NCBI GenBank assembly: GCA_022822375.1
Contig: JAJEBU010000126.1
Location: forward strand, 2,361-66,360
Direction: 5' to 3'
DNA length: 64,000 bases
DNA from: Dehalococcoidia bacterium
Lineage (GTDB): Bacteria; Chloroflexota; Dehalococcoidia; Bin125
Shown: piece by piece, positions 54,077 through 63,552 of the stretch
Position numbering within the stretch: the stretch's first letter is position 1
How the letters are laid out: every line of letters starts with the position of its first letter
Position numbers and translations under genes: made by a program
The notes under the pieces: model-generated
Databases searched by the model: none
Told to the model about the DNA's origin: nothing
What the model saw: the letters and a program-made list of their open reading frames with translations, nothing else

Positions 54077-55134
54077 CACCTCGTACGGTCATCATGATTG
54101 CCGCGGCGATCGCCGCGATCATCGCGGCTGCGTCCGCCGTCGTCGCGGTGTCGCGAAGCCCGCAACAGATCAGCCGCAGCGTGCTCATCGAACCGCCGTC
54201 GTCGGGAACGGCGCAGGTCTCGACCGTCGTAATCGCTCCTGGCGACAGCGCGTCGACCATTGGCCGGCTGCTGCGATCCCATGGCGCGGTTGATTCCCAG
54301 ACTCGTTTTGAACTACTCGCGCTGCTGATGGATTGGGAGCATCAGCTCGAGGCGGGCGAGTACTCGTTCGAGCCCGCGCTGCCCACGTTCGAAGTGCTCA
54401 GACGCATACACTCGGGTGAGACCTCGCCACAGCGAGTGATCATCCCGGAAGGCCTGAGGATTGAACAGGTGATCGAACGCCTCGCCGCAGCCGAAGTCAG
54501 CGATTCGGCGAGCCTCGCCGCAGTCATCTCGGACGGGCGCATCGGCGAGGCTGGCCGTTATGCGGCGCAGCGGCCGGCCGGCGCGTCGCTGGAGGGCTAT
54601 CTCTTCCCTGCCGACTATCGCTTTTCGCTGGAGGCGTCGCCGCTGGATGTGACGGTCGAGATGCTGCAGCGCCTCGACGAGGCCATCACGCCGGAGATCG
54701 CCCGACAAGCCGCGGCCCGCGGTGCGACGATGCACCAGATCCTGACCATCGCATCGATCATCGAGCGCGAAGCGGCCGTTGAGCACGAGCGCCGGCTGAT
54801 CTCGGCCGTGATCTGGAACCGTCTAGTTGCGGGGATGCCGTTGCAGATGAACTCCACGATCCAGTACGCCGTCGGACAACCGTCGAACTGGTGGAAGGCC
54901 GAGCTCTCGGATGCGGACCTCGTGATCGACTCGCCCTATAACAGCTATCGCTACAGCGGTTTGCCGCCGACGCCGATTGCATCGCCCGGCCTGCCATCAA
55001 TCGAGGCCGCGGCCAATCCCGATGACGCCCCCTACCTCTACTTCGTCGCGAAGGGCGACGGTACACACGCCTTCTCTCTGACGTATGAAGAGCATCTGGA
55101 CAATGTCGAGCGCTATCTGGGAGGCTCCGAATGA
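54067..55134 (+). CDS. mltG: MltG/YceG family peptidoglycan glycosidase
   Basis: N-terminal TM, IPEG, LEGYLFP..Y, ASIIERE, SPYN.Y...GLPPTPI.SPG, YLYFV. Confidence 0.92.
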   Translation: MLLTPRTVIMIAAAIAAIIAAASAVVAVSRSPQQISRSVLIEPPSSGTAQVSTVVIAPGDSASTIGRLLRSHGAVDSQTRFELLALLMDWEHQLEAGEYSFEPALPTFEVLRRIHSGETSPQRVIIPEGLRIEQVIERLAAAEVSDSASLAAVISDGRIGEAGRYAAQRPAGASLEGYLFPADYRFSLEASPLDVTVEMLQRLDEAITPEIARQAAARGATMHQILTIASIIEREAAVEHERRLISAVIWNRLVAGMPLQMNSTIQYAVGQPSNWWKAELSDADLVIDSPYNSYRYSGLPPTPIASPGLPSIEAAANPDDAPYLYFVAKGDGTHAFSLTYEEHLDNVERYLGGSE

Positions 55135-56000
55135 GCTCAGCTGCCTGGCGCGTCGGCGTGATCGGGCATCCGGTCGCGCACAGCATTTCTCCGCGCTTCC
55201 AACAAGCAGGCTTCGACGCAGCGGGGCTTGATGCGCGCTACGAAGCGTGGGATCTCGAACCGTCGCAGCTGGAGAGTCACATCGATTCGCTGCGCGAAGA
55301 GGACGCGCTCGGCGCGAATGTCACGATTCCGTACAAGGAGGCCGCGCTGAGGCACATGGACGGCCTGCACGAGACGGCTCGCTTTGTCGGCGCGATCAAC
55401 ACCGTAGTCAACAACGACGGCCACCTGCAGGGCTACAACACCGACGTGACCGGCTTTCAGCGTTCGCTGTCGGAGGCGGGAGTCGATCCCGCTGGCGCCC
55501 GCGTGGTGCTCTGGGGCGCCGGCGGAGCAGCCCGAGCCGTCGCTTGGGCACTGATCTGGCGCCGAGCGGCCGCGCTGACCATCGTCAACCGCACCGCCGT
55601 CTGAGCGGGGAGATTGCGGCACGACCTCGCCTCGGCGTCTGCGTCGGCCGCGCTGCAATCGTTCGGAGCCGACGACGATCGCATCGCAGATGCGCTGCGC
55701 GGCGCTGATCTCGTTGTCCAATGCACGTCTGTCGGTCTGCGCGGCAGTGAAACGGCCGCTGACCTGCCGTTCGATCCCGAACGGCTCGGTCCTGACACCT
55801 TCGTCGTCGACCTGATCGCGAATCCGCTCGAAACGCCCTTGGTTCAGGCCGTCAACGCGTCCGGTCGGCGCGCGATTGGCGGGCTGCCGATGCTCGTCTA
55901 CCAGGGTGCGGCCGCGTTTGAGTTGTGGACGGAGCAGGAAGCACCGGTTGCGGTGATGATGGCCGCGGCTCACGACGCCATGGCGGGGACGATGACATGA
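55131..56000 (+). pseudogene. aroE: shikimate dehydrogenase interrupted by one in-frame TGA (55602-55604)
   Basis: GHPVAHSISP, GANVTIPYK, GAINT, NTD, GAGGAARA, NRTAV*AGRL, then in the same frame CTSVG, DLI.NP.ET, GLPMLVYQGA.AFELW. Confidence 0.85.
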
Positions 56001-56668
56001 ATGAAGGCGTGACCATCGGCTTCGCCCTGATCGCCGCGTTCTTCGGCGGTGTCGGCCTGCTGCTCTTCAAGGAGGCGCGCACGCACCGATTTTGGCGACA
56101 GCTCGTCGCGCAGAATGACATGGATGCCATCCAGGGCATTCTCGACCAGGAGCTGGAGCACTGGCGAACCCAGCGTCCGCCGAAGGATGTCAGCGCGGCC
56201 GTCTGGTCGGGCGTACAGGGACTGGACCTGGTCAGCGCCTCGGCCGACCATGTCCGCGTCAGTACCTCCGCCGACCCCGAGTTCGGCACGATCGACGGGC
56301 AACGGCAGCAGATCGCATCGTCGTTGGACACGGCCTACGCCACTGCGCTGCGACTGGTCGAAATGATCTTCTACGACGTGCCAAACTTCCGTCCAACGTT
56401 CGTCCGCGTCGACGTGTACACCACGTTCCGCAACGAGGACGGCGTCGCTGAGGCACGGCCGATTCTGTGTGTTGAAGCGGATCGTGGATCGGCGATGAGC
56501 CTGGATTGGAATCTGCCGCCGCAATCGCTTGCTCGGGAGTTTGAGGTGATCGCGAACCGCGCGCCGACCGGCGAGCCGCGTCCGATCACGCTGCCCGATG
56601 ATCGCTTCACCGATATCGTGGACGATGCAGCATCCGTCGCGTCGACCGACGAGCGGAGGGACGATTGA
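55997..56668 (+). CDS. hypothetical membrane-anchored protein
   Basis: One N-terminal TM; ATGA overlap with aroE and TGATG overlap with aroC. Confidence 0.8.
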   Translation: MNEGVTIGFALIAAFFGGVGLLLFKEARTHRFWRQLVAQNDMDAIQGILDQELEHWRTQRPPKDVSAAVWSGVQGLDLVSASADHVRVSTSADPEFGTIDGQRQQIASSLDTAYATALRLVEMIFYDVPNFRPTFVRVDVYTTFRNEDGVAEARPILCVEADRGSAMSLDWNLPPQSLAREFEVIANRAPTGEPRPITLPDDRFTDIVDDAASVASTDERRDD

Positions 56669-57867
56669 TGGGCAGCTTTCGCTGGCTCACCGCGGGTGAA
56701 TCGCATGGCCCGGGTCTGACGGTGATCATCGACGGCGTTCCGTCGGGGCTGCCGCTGTCGGAGGCGCAGATTCGAGCACAGCTCGCGCGCCGCCAACAGG
56801 GCTACGGACGCGGCGGGCGCATGAAGATCGAGACCGACTACGCGCAGATCCGCGGCGGCGTCCGGCAGGGACGCACGATCGGCAGCCCGGTCGCGCTGTG
56901 GATTGAGAACCGTGACTTTGACCAGGGTCTCGGCCCTGACAAGCGGGCATGGCGCGAGACCATGTCGTTGGACGTGGTTGATCCGCCGCCGACGCAGGTG
57001 ACGCGCGTGCGTCCCGGTCACGCCGATCTGTCCGCGTCGCTGAAGTACGGCTACGACGACGTCCGCGACTCACTCGAGCGCGCCTCCGCCAGAGAGAGCG
57101 CCGCGCGCGTCGGCGCGGGCGCCGTCGCACGACGGCTCTGCGAAGAACTGGGTTGCGAGTTCAACAGCCACGTCGTGCAGATCGGCTCAGTGGCGCTGGC
57201 GCCAGGCGTCCCGCTGGACTGGCCGGAGGTTGAGGCGTCCCCGGTCCGCTGCGCGGACCCTGATGTTGCGCAAGCGATGATTGACGCGATCAACGCAGCC
57301 AAGCAGGACGGCGACACACTCGGTGGGACGCTCGAGGCACGCGTCTCGGGTGTGCCATTCGGCTTGGGATCGCACGTCCAGTGGGATCGCAAGTTGAGCG
57401 GACGGATTGGCCAAGCCATCCTCTCGATGAACGCGTTCAAGGGCGTCGAGATCGGCGACGGCTTCAGCGGCGCCGCGCTGACCGGTCGCGGATATCACGA
57501 CGTCGTCCTGCCCCAGGACGCCTGGGGCGGCCAACCCTGGCGTCGCCAGACCAATCACGCCGGCGGCATCGAGGGCGGCATCTCCAACGGAGAGGATCTC
57601 GTGGTCCGAGTGGCGGTCAAGCCGATCGCGACGCTTGCCCACCCGTTGCCGTCCGCTGACCTCTCGACCGGTGAGCGGGTCGAGGCGCACTACGAACGGT
57701 CCGATGTCTGCGTCGTGCCGGCCGCAGGCGTGATCGTCGAAGCGATGCTCGCCTTGGTCCTCGCCGACGCCATCCTGGAGAAGTTCGGCGGAGATTCGCT
57801 GTCAGAAACCCGCCGAAACATGGACGCGTTCCTGGCCACCGCCGTCCCGCGCCAGGAGTGGCCATGA
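56668..57867 (+). CDS. aroC: chorismate synthase
   Basis: TAGESHG, RRQ.GYGRGGRM.IE, RPGHAD, ERASARE, GGIEGG.SNG, ERSDVC. Confidence 0.96.
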   Translation: MGSFRWLTAGESHGPGLTVIIDGVPSGLPLSEAQIRAQLARRQQGYGRGGRMKIETDYAQIRGGVRQGRTIGSPVALWIENRDFDQGLGPDKRAWRETMSLDVVDPPPTQVTRVRPGHADLSASLKYGYDDVRDSLERASARESAARVGAGAVARRLCEELGCEFNSHVVQIGSVALAPGVPLDWPEVEASPVRCADPDVAQAMIDAINAAKQDGDTLGGTLEARVSGVPFGLGSHVQWDRKLSGRIGQAILSMNAFKGVEIGDGFSGAALTGRGYHDVVLPQDAWGGQPWRRQTNHAGGIEGGISNGEDLVVRVAVKPIATLAHPLPSADLSTGERVEAHYERSDVCVVPAAGVIVEAMLALVLADAILEKFGGDSLSETRRNMDAFLATAVPRQEWP

Positions 57868-59609
57868 GTGCGCCCAACGGGTTCCGCCGCGTCGTGTTGA
57901 TCGGCTTCAGCGCGACCGGCAAGTCAGTGCTCGCACCGATGATTGCGCACCAGCTGGGCTGGGACGCCGTCGACCTCGATGTCGAGATTGAGCGCTCGGC
58001 AGGCCGACCGATTCCCGAGATATTCGTCGATGAGGGCGAGACAGGCTTCCGCGCCCGCGAACGCGCTGCCGTTCGCGCGGCCTCGGAGCGCGAGGGCTGC
58101 GTGATCGCCACCGGCGGCGGTGTTTGGCTCGACGCCGAAAACCGCTCGTTGCTCGCCGATGGTGGATTCGTGGTCAGCTTGGAAGCGCGGGCCGCGACGA
58201 TCCTCGCCCGCTACGCCGAGACCGAACAGGGCACGACCGAGGTGCGCCCAATGCTCGCCGGCGTCGATCCGCGACGCCGAGTCGAGACCCTCAAGGCTGC
58301 GCGTCAACCCTTTTACGCCCTCTCCGATCTGACGGTGCACACGGACGAGATTGCCATCGGCGAGGCGGTCGACGAGATTGTCGATGCCGTCCAGCGGCGA
58401 TCCGCGCGAGCGCTCGCATCGGACGCCCGTCTGCGCGAGATGCAGAGCGGGCCGGGCGTTGCTGCGCCGCCGCAGAACGACTTCGGGCCAGATGTCGCCT
58501 GCATCGTCGAGGCTGGAACCTCGCGCTATCCCGTCTACTGCGCGTGGGGTCTGCTCGAGCGCAGCGGCGACATCATGGATCGATTGGGACTCGGCGGACG
58601 CGTCTTCCTGATGGTCGATCAATCAATCGCCGACTCGCACGGGGAGTCAGTGATCGCGGCGCTGACGGCAGCCGGACGCTCCGTGCAGTCGTACCGGGTG
58701 CCGTCTGGTGAGTCCAGCAAGTCGCTGGCCCAGCTGGACGCGCTGTATGGCTGGCTGTCCGAGCATCGCGCCGAGCGGCGAGACGTCATCTTCGCGCTCG
58801 GCGGCGGCGTGACGACCGATCTGGCTGGTACAGCTGCGGCGACCTATCTGCGCGGCATGCCGCTCGTCCATGCGCCGACGACCGTGCTCGGCATGGTCGA
58901 TGCGGCGATCGGTGGCAAGGTCGCCATCGATCTGCCATCAGGCAAGAATCTGGTCGGCGCCTTCTATCAGCCGCGCGCGGTGTTGGCCGATGTCGCGACG
59001 CTCGCGACGTTGCCTGCACGCGAACTGCGCTCGGGTTTCGCGGAAGTGATCAAGCACGGCTTTATCCGCGACGAGCCGATGCTCGACCTGCTCGAGGCCG
59101 AGGCGGACACCCTGCTGAATCCCGCCTCGGCAGCAGAAGATCAGCGCAGTCGGCAGCTGTTGGTCGACGTGATCACCCGCAATCAAGCAATCAAGGCGGC
59201 GGTCGTGTCGGCGGACGAGCGGGAGTCGGACCTGCGAGCCATCCTGAACTACGGCCATACGCTCGGCCACGCGATCGAGGCGGTGACGGGCTACAGCGCC
59301 GTCTTGCACGGCGAGGCGGTGGCGATGGGGATGGTCGCCGTGGCCGAGATCGGCGCAGCGCTGGGCCTCATCGACGAGGCGGTCGTCAGCCGCCACCGAC
59401 GGTTGCTCGATCGCTTCGGTCTGCCTACGCAAAGTCCGCCCGGACTCAGTCGCACCGACCTGCTCGATGCGATGTCGCGCGACAAGAAAGTCGTGGGCGG
59501 CAAGCAAAACTGGGTGCTGCTGGAGAGCGTGGGCAATCCAATCGTGAGGCACAACGTGCCGCCCGAGGTCGTCAGCGAAGCCATCGACACCGTCGTCGGT
59601 CCGTCATAG
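57864..59609 (+). CDS. aroKB: bifunctional shikimate kinase / 3-dehydroquinate synthase
   Basis: GFSATGKS, GE.GFR..E, ATGGG, RP; then GE.SK, GGGV..D, PTT...VDAAIGGK, KNLVGAF.QP, LNYGHTLGHAIE, HGEAV. Confidence 0.93.
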   Translation: MSAPNGFRRVVLIGFSATGKSVLAPMIAHQLGWDAVDLDVEIERSAGRPIPEIFVDEGETGFRARERAAVRAASEREGCVIATGGGVWLDAENRSLLADGGFVVSLEARAATILARYAETEQGTTEVRPMLAGVDPRRRVETLKAARQPFYALSDLTVHTDEIAIGEAVDEIVDAVQRRSARALASDARLREMQSGPGVAAPPQNDFGPDVACIVEAGTSRYPVYCAWGLLERSGDIMDRLGLGGRVFLMVDQSIADSHGESVIAALTAAGRSVQSYRVPSGESSKSLAQLDALYGWLSEHRAERRDVIFALGGGVTTDLAGTAAATYLRGMPLVHAPTTVLGMVDAAIGGKVAIDLPSGKNLVGAFYQPRAVLADVATLATLPARELRSGFAEVIKHGFIRDEPMLDLLEAEADTLLNPASAAEDQRSRQLLVDVITRNQAIKAAVVSADERESDLRAILNYGHTLGHAIEAVTGYSAVLHGEAVAMGMVAVAEIGAALGLIDEAVVSRHRRLLDRFGLPTQSPPGLSRTDLLDAMSRDKKVVGGKQNWVLLESVGNPIVRHNVPPEVVSEAIDTVVGPS

Positions 59610-59615
59610 CGTCGT

Positions 59616-59660
59616 GGCGGGCCCGCCTTCAAATGAATGGGACGCCCACTGCATTGGGCG
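59616..59660. terminator. palindrome and hairpin between convergent genes, possible terminator
   Basis: GGCGGGCCCGCC perfect palindrome and CGCCCA-CTGCAT-TGGGCG hairpin; no strong U tract. Confidence 0.35.
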
Positions 59661-59679
59661 ACTCTACATGGGCACGCAG

Positions 59680-60339
59680 CTAAGGACGTGGACAAGAGAA
59701 CATCACTAGCGACGATTGCCAAAATCCGGCATCAACAGCCAGCATCACGTTCGCTTCATGGTCTACAGCCATAGCGACATAGTCCTCGCCCATGCTCACA
59801 CTGCGTGGCAACAACTCGACTGCTCCGCCGGCACCGATTCGCATCTTGTCGACCATCTCCTCGATGCTGCTCACCGTTACGAACGCCTCAACCAGCTCGC
59901 AGTCGGATGGTGGAAAGAGGCCTGCCCTGGTCTGCATGTACTCAAGCGCAGCCCACAAGTGGTCCCCGTTCGGCAGCGCGAAAATCCTCGATCGTGAGGC
60001 ATTTGCTTGGGTCAATCGAGGATCATCTGACTCTTGAACTGGTTCCACATGCTCTTCGGACTCCTGATCGTCAGAGCCCATGATCCAGTCCGGGCCGGAG
60101 CCTGAAGGAGACTGCGGCACACTGCTTCTTCTCGTTCTATCTGGAACGACTTGCTCCTCCTCGACACCGAAAATCTCTTCGTCGCAATGGTTGGATGGGG
60201 CCGGGATGTTCTCGTCAATGGTGAAGCACTGACCATCTTGGACGCTCACTGGCACGAGCGGTGAAGCCCCAATCGCATACGGGATAGTCACGACGACCAT
60301 CGCGATGAGAAAGACAATCCAGTCTCCTCTTTTGCACAT
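59680..60339 (-). CDS. hypothetical exported protein, low GC
   Basis: AGGAG upstream of MCKRGDW, signal-like hydrophobic N-terminus, about 219 aa; the longer ORF-track start overlaps the P450 gene. Confidence 0.6.
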   Translation of the reverse strand: MCKRGDWIVFLIAMVVVTIPYAIGASPLVPVSVQDGQCFTIDENIPAPSNHCDEEIFGVEEEQVVPDRTRRSSVPQSPSGSGPDWIMGSDDQESEEHVEPVQESDDPRLTQANASRSRIFALPNGDHLWAALEYMQTRAGLFPPSDCELVEAFVTVSSIEEMVDKMRIGAGGAVELLPRSVSMGEDYVAMAVDHEANVMLAVDAGFWQSSLVMFSCPRP

Positions 60340-60470
60340 CCTCATTCTCCTATCACCGCACGTTGTCGTCATGTCATCTCGTTTGACATCCCGCTCGACA
60401 TGCTCGCTGCCGGGCGCGGCGAGATTCCAGACAAGCTGGAATGACGGAGATTGCAGCGATGACCGATTGG

Positions 60471-61802
60471 CTAGTCGGCGGTGACGGCGGCCTGTGCCTT
60501 GGCCAACGAGGCTCCGCTTGAGCGCTCCACACGGATGTCGAGGTGTCGCAAGCCGCGCAGCACGATGTTTGGCTTGTAGACGGGAGTGCGCCGGCCGAGC
60601 TGGATGTCGCTGAAGCGCTCGATCATCGCCTCGAACGCGATCTTTCCTTCCAGTCTGGCAAGCGGTGCACCGAGACAGTGGTGAATGCCACGACCGAAGG
60701 AGATGTTGCCAGCATCCTCGCGGGTGATGTCGAGGCGCTCTGGATCGGTGAACGCCTCCGGATCGCGGTTGGCGCCGCCGATCAGCAGCGAGACAGGCTT
60801 GTCGGGCTTCAAGGTGTGGCGGTCGATCTGACACTCGTCGAGCGTGACGCGGCCGTCGACCTGGACGGGCGAGTCGAAGCGCAGCAGTTCTTCGATCGCG
60901 TTGTCGATCAACTCGGGCTGCTGGCGCAGCAGCTCCAGCTGCTCTGGATGCTCCAGCAGTGCCTTGAGCCCGTTACCGATCAGGTTCGTTGTCGTCTCGT
61001 TGCCGGCGACGAGCAGCAGGCGCAAGGTGACGATCATCTCCTCCTCGCTGAGCTGATCGCCCTCTTCTTCTGCCTCGATCAGGCGCGAGACGAGGTCGTC
61101 GCGCGGCTGCTCGCGATGTTGTGCCACGATCTGCTTGAAGTAGCTGTCGAAGCGCTGGGCGGTGTCGAAGACCTGGCCAAGTTCACGCTCGTCGAGGTTC
61201 GGTTCGAGGACGCGGGCAAATCGGTCCGACCACTGCTTGAACTGCGCTCGATCTTCGGTGGGGACGCCGATCATCTCCGCGATCACGACTGTCGGCAGCA
61301 GCGAGGCGAGGTTGGACATCAGGTCGAACTCGTGCTGGTCCTCGACCTCGTCGAGCAGCGCGTGAGCCGTGGCTCGGATGTGGTCTTCCATCTTCGCGAT
61401 CTGGCGCGGCGTGAAGGCTCGGCTGACCAGTCCGCGCAGGCGTGTGTGATCGGGCGGGTCGAGCGTCAGCATCGAAGGCTGGATTTCGCTCTGGATCTGC
61501 TCGGCCACGCCGCGACGGACGCGATTGCTGCTGCTCGCGCGGGCGCGGCCGTTGGAAAAGACCTTGTAGTTGCGCAGAACCTCGTCAATGTCCTCGTACT
61601 TGGAGAGCACGAGCGCGCCAGTCAATGGGCTGGGATGGTACGGGTCCTTCTCGCGCAGCTCACGGTACGTCGGGTACGGATTGGCGATGAACTTGGGATC
61701 CAGCGGGTACCAGGCGACGCCCGATTGCCAGCGCTCCTGCGCGAGGCGGGCCTTGATGTAGTACGGCGCCACGGCCGAACGGATCGCGGAGCGAAATGAC
61801 AT
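60471..61802 (-). CDS. cytochrome P450
   Basis: LDPPDHTRLR, AGNETT, EELLR (ExxR), ANRDP, FGRGIHHCLG heme ligand. Confidence 0.95.
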   Translation of the reverse strand: MSFRSAIRSAVAPYYIKARLAQERWQSGVAWYPLDPKFIANPYPTYRELREKDPYHPSPLTGALVLSKYEDIDEVLRNYKVFSNGRARASSSNRVRRGVAEQIQSEIQPSMLTLDPPDHTRLRGLVSRAFTPRQIAKMEDHIRATAHALLDEVEDQHEFDLMSNLASLLPTVVIAEMIGVPTEDRAQFKQWSDRFARVLEPNLDERELGQVFDTAQRFDSYFKQIVAQHREQPRDDLVSRLIEAEEEGDQLSEEEMIVTLRLLLVAGNETTTNLIGNGLKALLEHPEQLELLRQQPELIDNAIEELLRFDSPVQVDGRVTLDECQIDRHTLKPDKPVSLLIGGANRDPEAFTDPERLDITREDAGNISFGRGIHHCLGAPLARLEGKIAFEAMIERFSDIQLGRRTPVYKPNIVLRGLRHLDIRVERSSGASLAKAQAAVTAD

Positions 61803-61838
61803 GTTGTGCTCGTTTCGATCTCAAGTCTGTTGACGTCG

Positions 61839-63158
61839 TCAGTCGAGTGGATGGTCCCAGTCGACCATGATCACGTCGCATTCCTCACCGGCGTGGATGC
61901 GCTCGACGTTCTCTGGGCAGACAGCGTATCCATTGGCAATCGCCATCGAGGTCAGGACGCCGCTGCCCTGCGGTCCGGTCAGGCGCGCGTGCCAATGGCC
62001 GTCCTCGTCTTGCTGCAGCGTGGCCCGTGCGTAGACGCGCCGCCAATCGGTGTTGACGATGTCCTCGTCGGCGATCGCTCGCAGCATCGGACGCGGTTGA
62101 GGTGCGCGGCCCATCATCTGAAAGATTGCGAGCCGACCAAACAGCTCAAAGGCCAGCAGCGAGGAGACCGGGTTGCCGGGCAGGCCGATGTGCGGGACGC
62201 GGCGGCCGTCGGCCGCGGCGAACTCGCCAAAGGCGAGCGGCTTGCCGGGCTTCATGCGGACGGTCCAGAAATCAATCGCGCCCTCGCGCGCGAGCACTTC
62301 CTTGACCACGTCGAAGTCGCCGCGTGAGACGCCGGCCGAGGTGATCACCAGATCACAATCGGCCAGTGCCTCATTGATCTTCGCCGTGAGCGCGGGGATC
62401 GTGTCCTGGGCGATCCCAAAGCGTCGCGGGACGCCGCCGTACTGCGTCACCAGCGCGCTGAGTCCGTAGGAGTTGGAGTCGTAAATCTTGCCCGGCGCCG
62501 GTGGATCGCCAGGCGTCAGCAGCTCGTCGCCCGTGGAGAGGATCGCCACGCGCGGACGCCGAATCACGTCGACATCGGCGACGCCGAGTGAGGCAAGCAC
62601 CGCGATCTCGGGGCCGCGCAGCACCGTGCCAGCAGTGAGCACCAACTGGCCTTGTTGCACGTCTTCGCCGCGGCGGCGGATGTTGTTGCCGACAGCGGCC
62701 GCCTTGAGGATGCCGACGTCCTCAATCGTCTCGTGCTCCTGACCCGGCGCCCGCAAGCCAAACTCGTCGGTTTCCTCGAACGGCACGATCGTGTCTGCGC
62801 CGTTCGGCATCGGCGCGCCGGTCATAATGCGGACCGCTTCGCCTGCGCCAACGGCCTGATCGAAGAGATAGCCGGCGGCGAGCTCGCCGATCACTCGCAA
62901 GCGGACCGGTGTTGACTCCGTCGCGCCCTCTGTGCTCGCCGACTGCACGGCGTAGCCGTCCATGGCGGTGTTGTCGTGCGGCGGGATGTCGAACGGCGCA
63001 CTGATATCGCCGGCGAGCACCTGTCCGACCGCGTCTTCAATCGACCGCGTCTCGGCGTCCAGCTGGCGGCAGAAGGACAAGATCCGGTCGACCGCGTCTT
63101 CAACGGGCAGCATGTCCACTGGCGGCTCGGTCGCGCGCGCGGAGGCTGGGCTGGTCAT
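61839..63158 (-). CDS. moeA: molybdopterin molybdotransferase
   Basis: AMDGYAV, IMTGA..P, STGDEL, DSN, MKPGKP, LPGNPVS. Confidence 0.95.
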   Translation of the reverse strand: MTSPASARATEPPVDMLPVEDAVDRILSFCRQLDAETRSIEDAVGQVLAGDISAPFDIPPHDNTAMDGYAVQSASTEGATESTPVRLRVIGELAAGYLFDQAVGAGEAVRIMTGAPMPNGADTIVPFEETDEFGLRAPGQEHETIEDVGILKAAAVGNNIRRRGEDVQQGQLVLTAGTVLRGPEIAVLASLGVADVDVIRRPRVAILSTGDELLTPGDPPAPGKIYDSNSYGLSALVTQYGGVPRRFGIAQDTIPALTAKINEALADCDLVITSAGVSRGDFDVVKEVLAREGAIDFWTVRMKPGKPLAFGEFAAADGRRVPHIGLPGNPVSSLLAFELFGRLAIFQMMGRAPQPRPMLRAIADEDIVNTDWRRVYARATLQQDEDGHWHARLTGPQGSGVLTSMAIANGYAVCPENVERIHAGEECDVIMVDWDHPLD

Positions 63159-63170
63159 GAGCGCACCTGA

Positions 63171-63419
63171 CTAGACCTGAATGGTGAGACAGGTGGTCGT
63201 GCGCTTGACGCCTGGCACCGTCTGAATCGAGTCGGTGATGCAGCTGCCCAGCCGCTCGAGGTTGTCCGCCTCGACCAGGCAGATGACATCGAACGGACCG
63301 GTGACCATCTCGACGCTTTTGATCTCGCCCTCGCTGCGGGTGATCTCGCCGAGCGACAGCGCCACCTGTTTGGCCGTCCCGACATCGGCCTCGATCAAGA
63401 TGTAACTCTTCACGGCCAT
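63171..63419 (-). CDS. stand-alone Lrp/AsnC ligand-binding domain protein
   Basis: YILI...VTGPFDVI...I..VPGV.RT.T; no HTH; AGGAG ribosome-binding site. Confidence 0.85.
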   Translation of the reverse strand: MAVKSYILIEADVGTAKQVALSLGEITRSEGEIKSVEMVTGPFDVICLVEADNLERLGSCITDSIQTVPGVKRTTTCLTIQV

Positions 63420-63552
63420 CTGCGACGCTCCTGTCAGGCAGGCAGAGGCGCCTGCGGTTTGCTCGATCTTACTATCCGCCCGCTGGGCGTTGGCAGCGCC
63501 TCAGAGGCGGCGCCCGAGTACAGGTACGCTGTGTGGTGGGGCAGAGAAGGTA

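Noticed and set aside
55602-55604. Genome-wide TGA recoding or selenocysteine in aroE
   Set aside because: TGA ends many genes here at their conserved C-termini (pccB, glmS, efp); the site corresponds to Arg, not Cys; no convincing SECIS
60543-61799. Long antisense ORFs (also 3365-4663, 23321-25084, 46712-48007, 47995-49062, 52672-54018 and others)
   Set aside because: They mirror well-supported genes on the opposite strand and lack motifs; this is expected from high-GC codon bias
63420-63552. T-box riboswitch upstream of pheS
   Set aside because: The leader is too short and lacks the T-box motif
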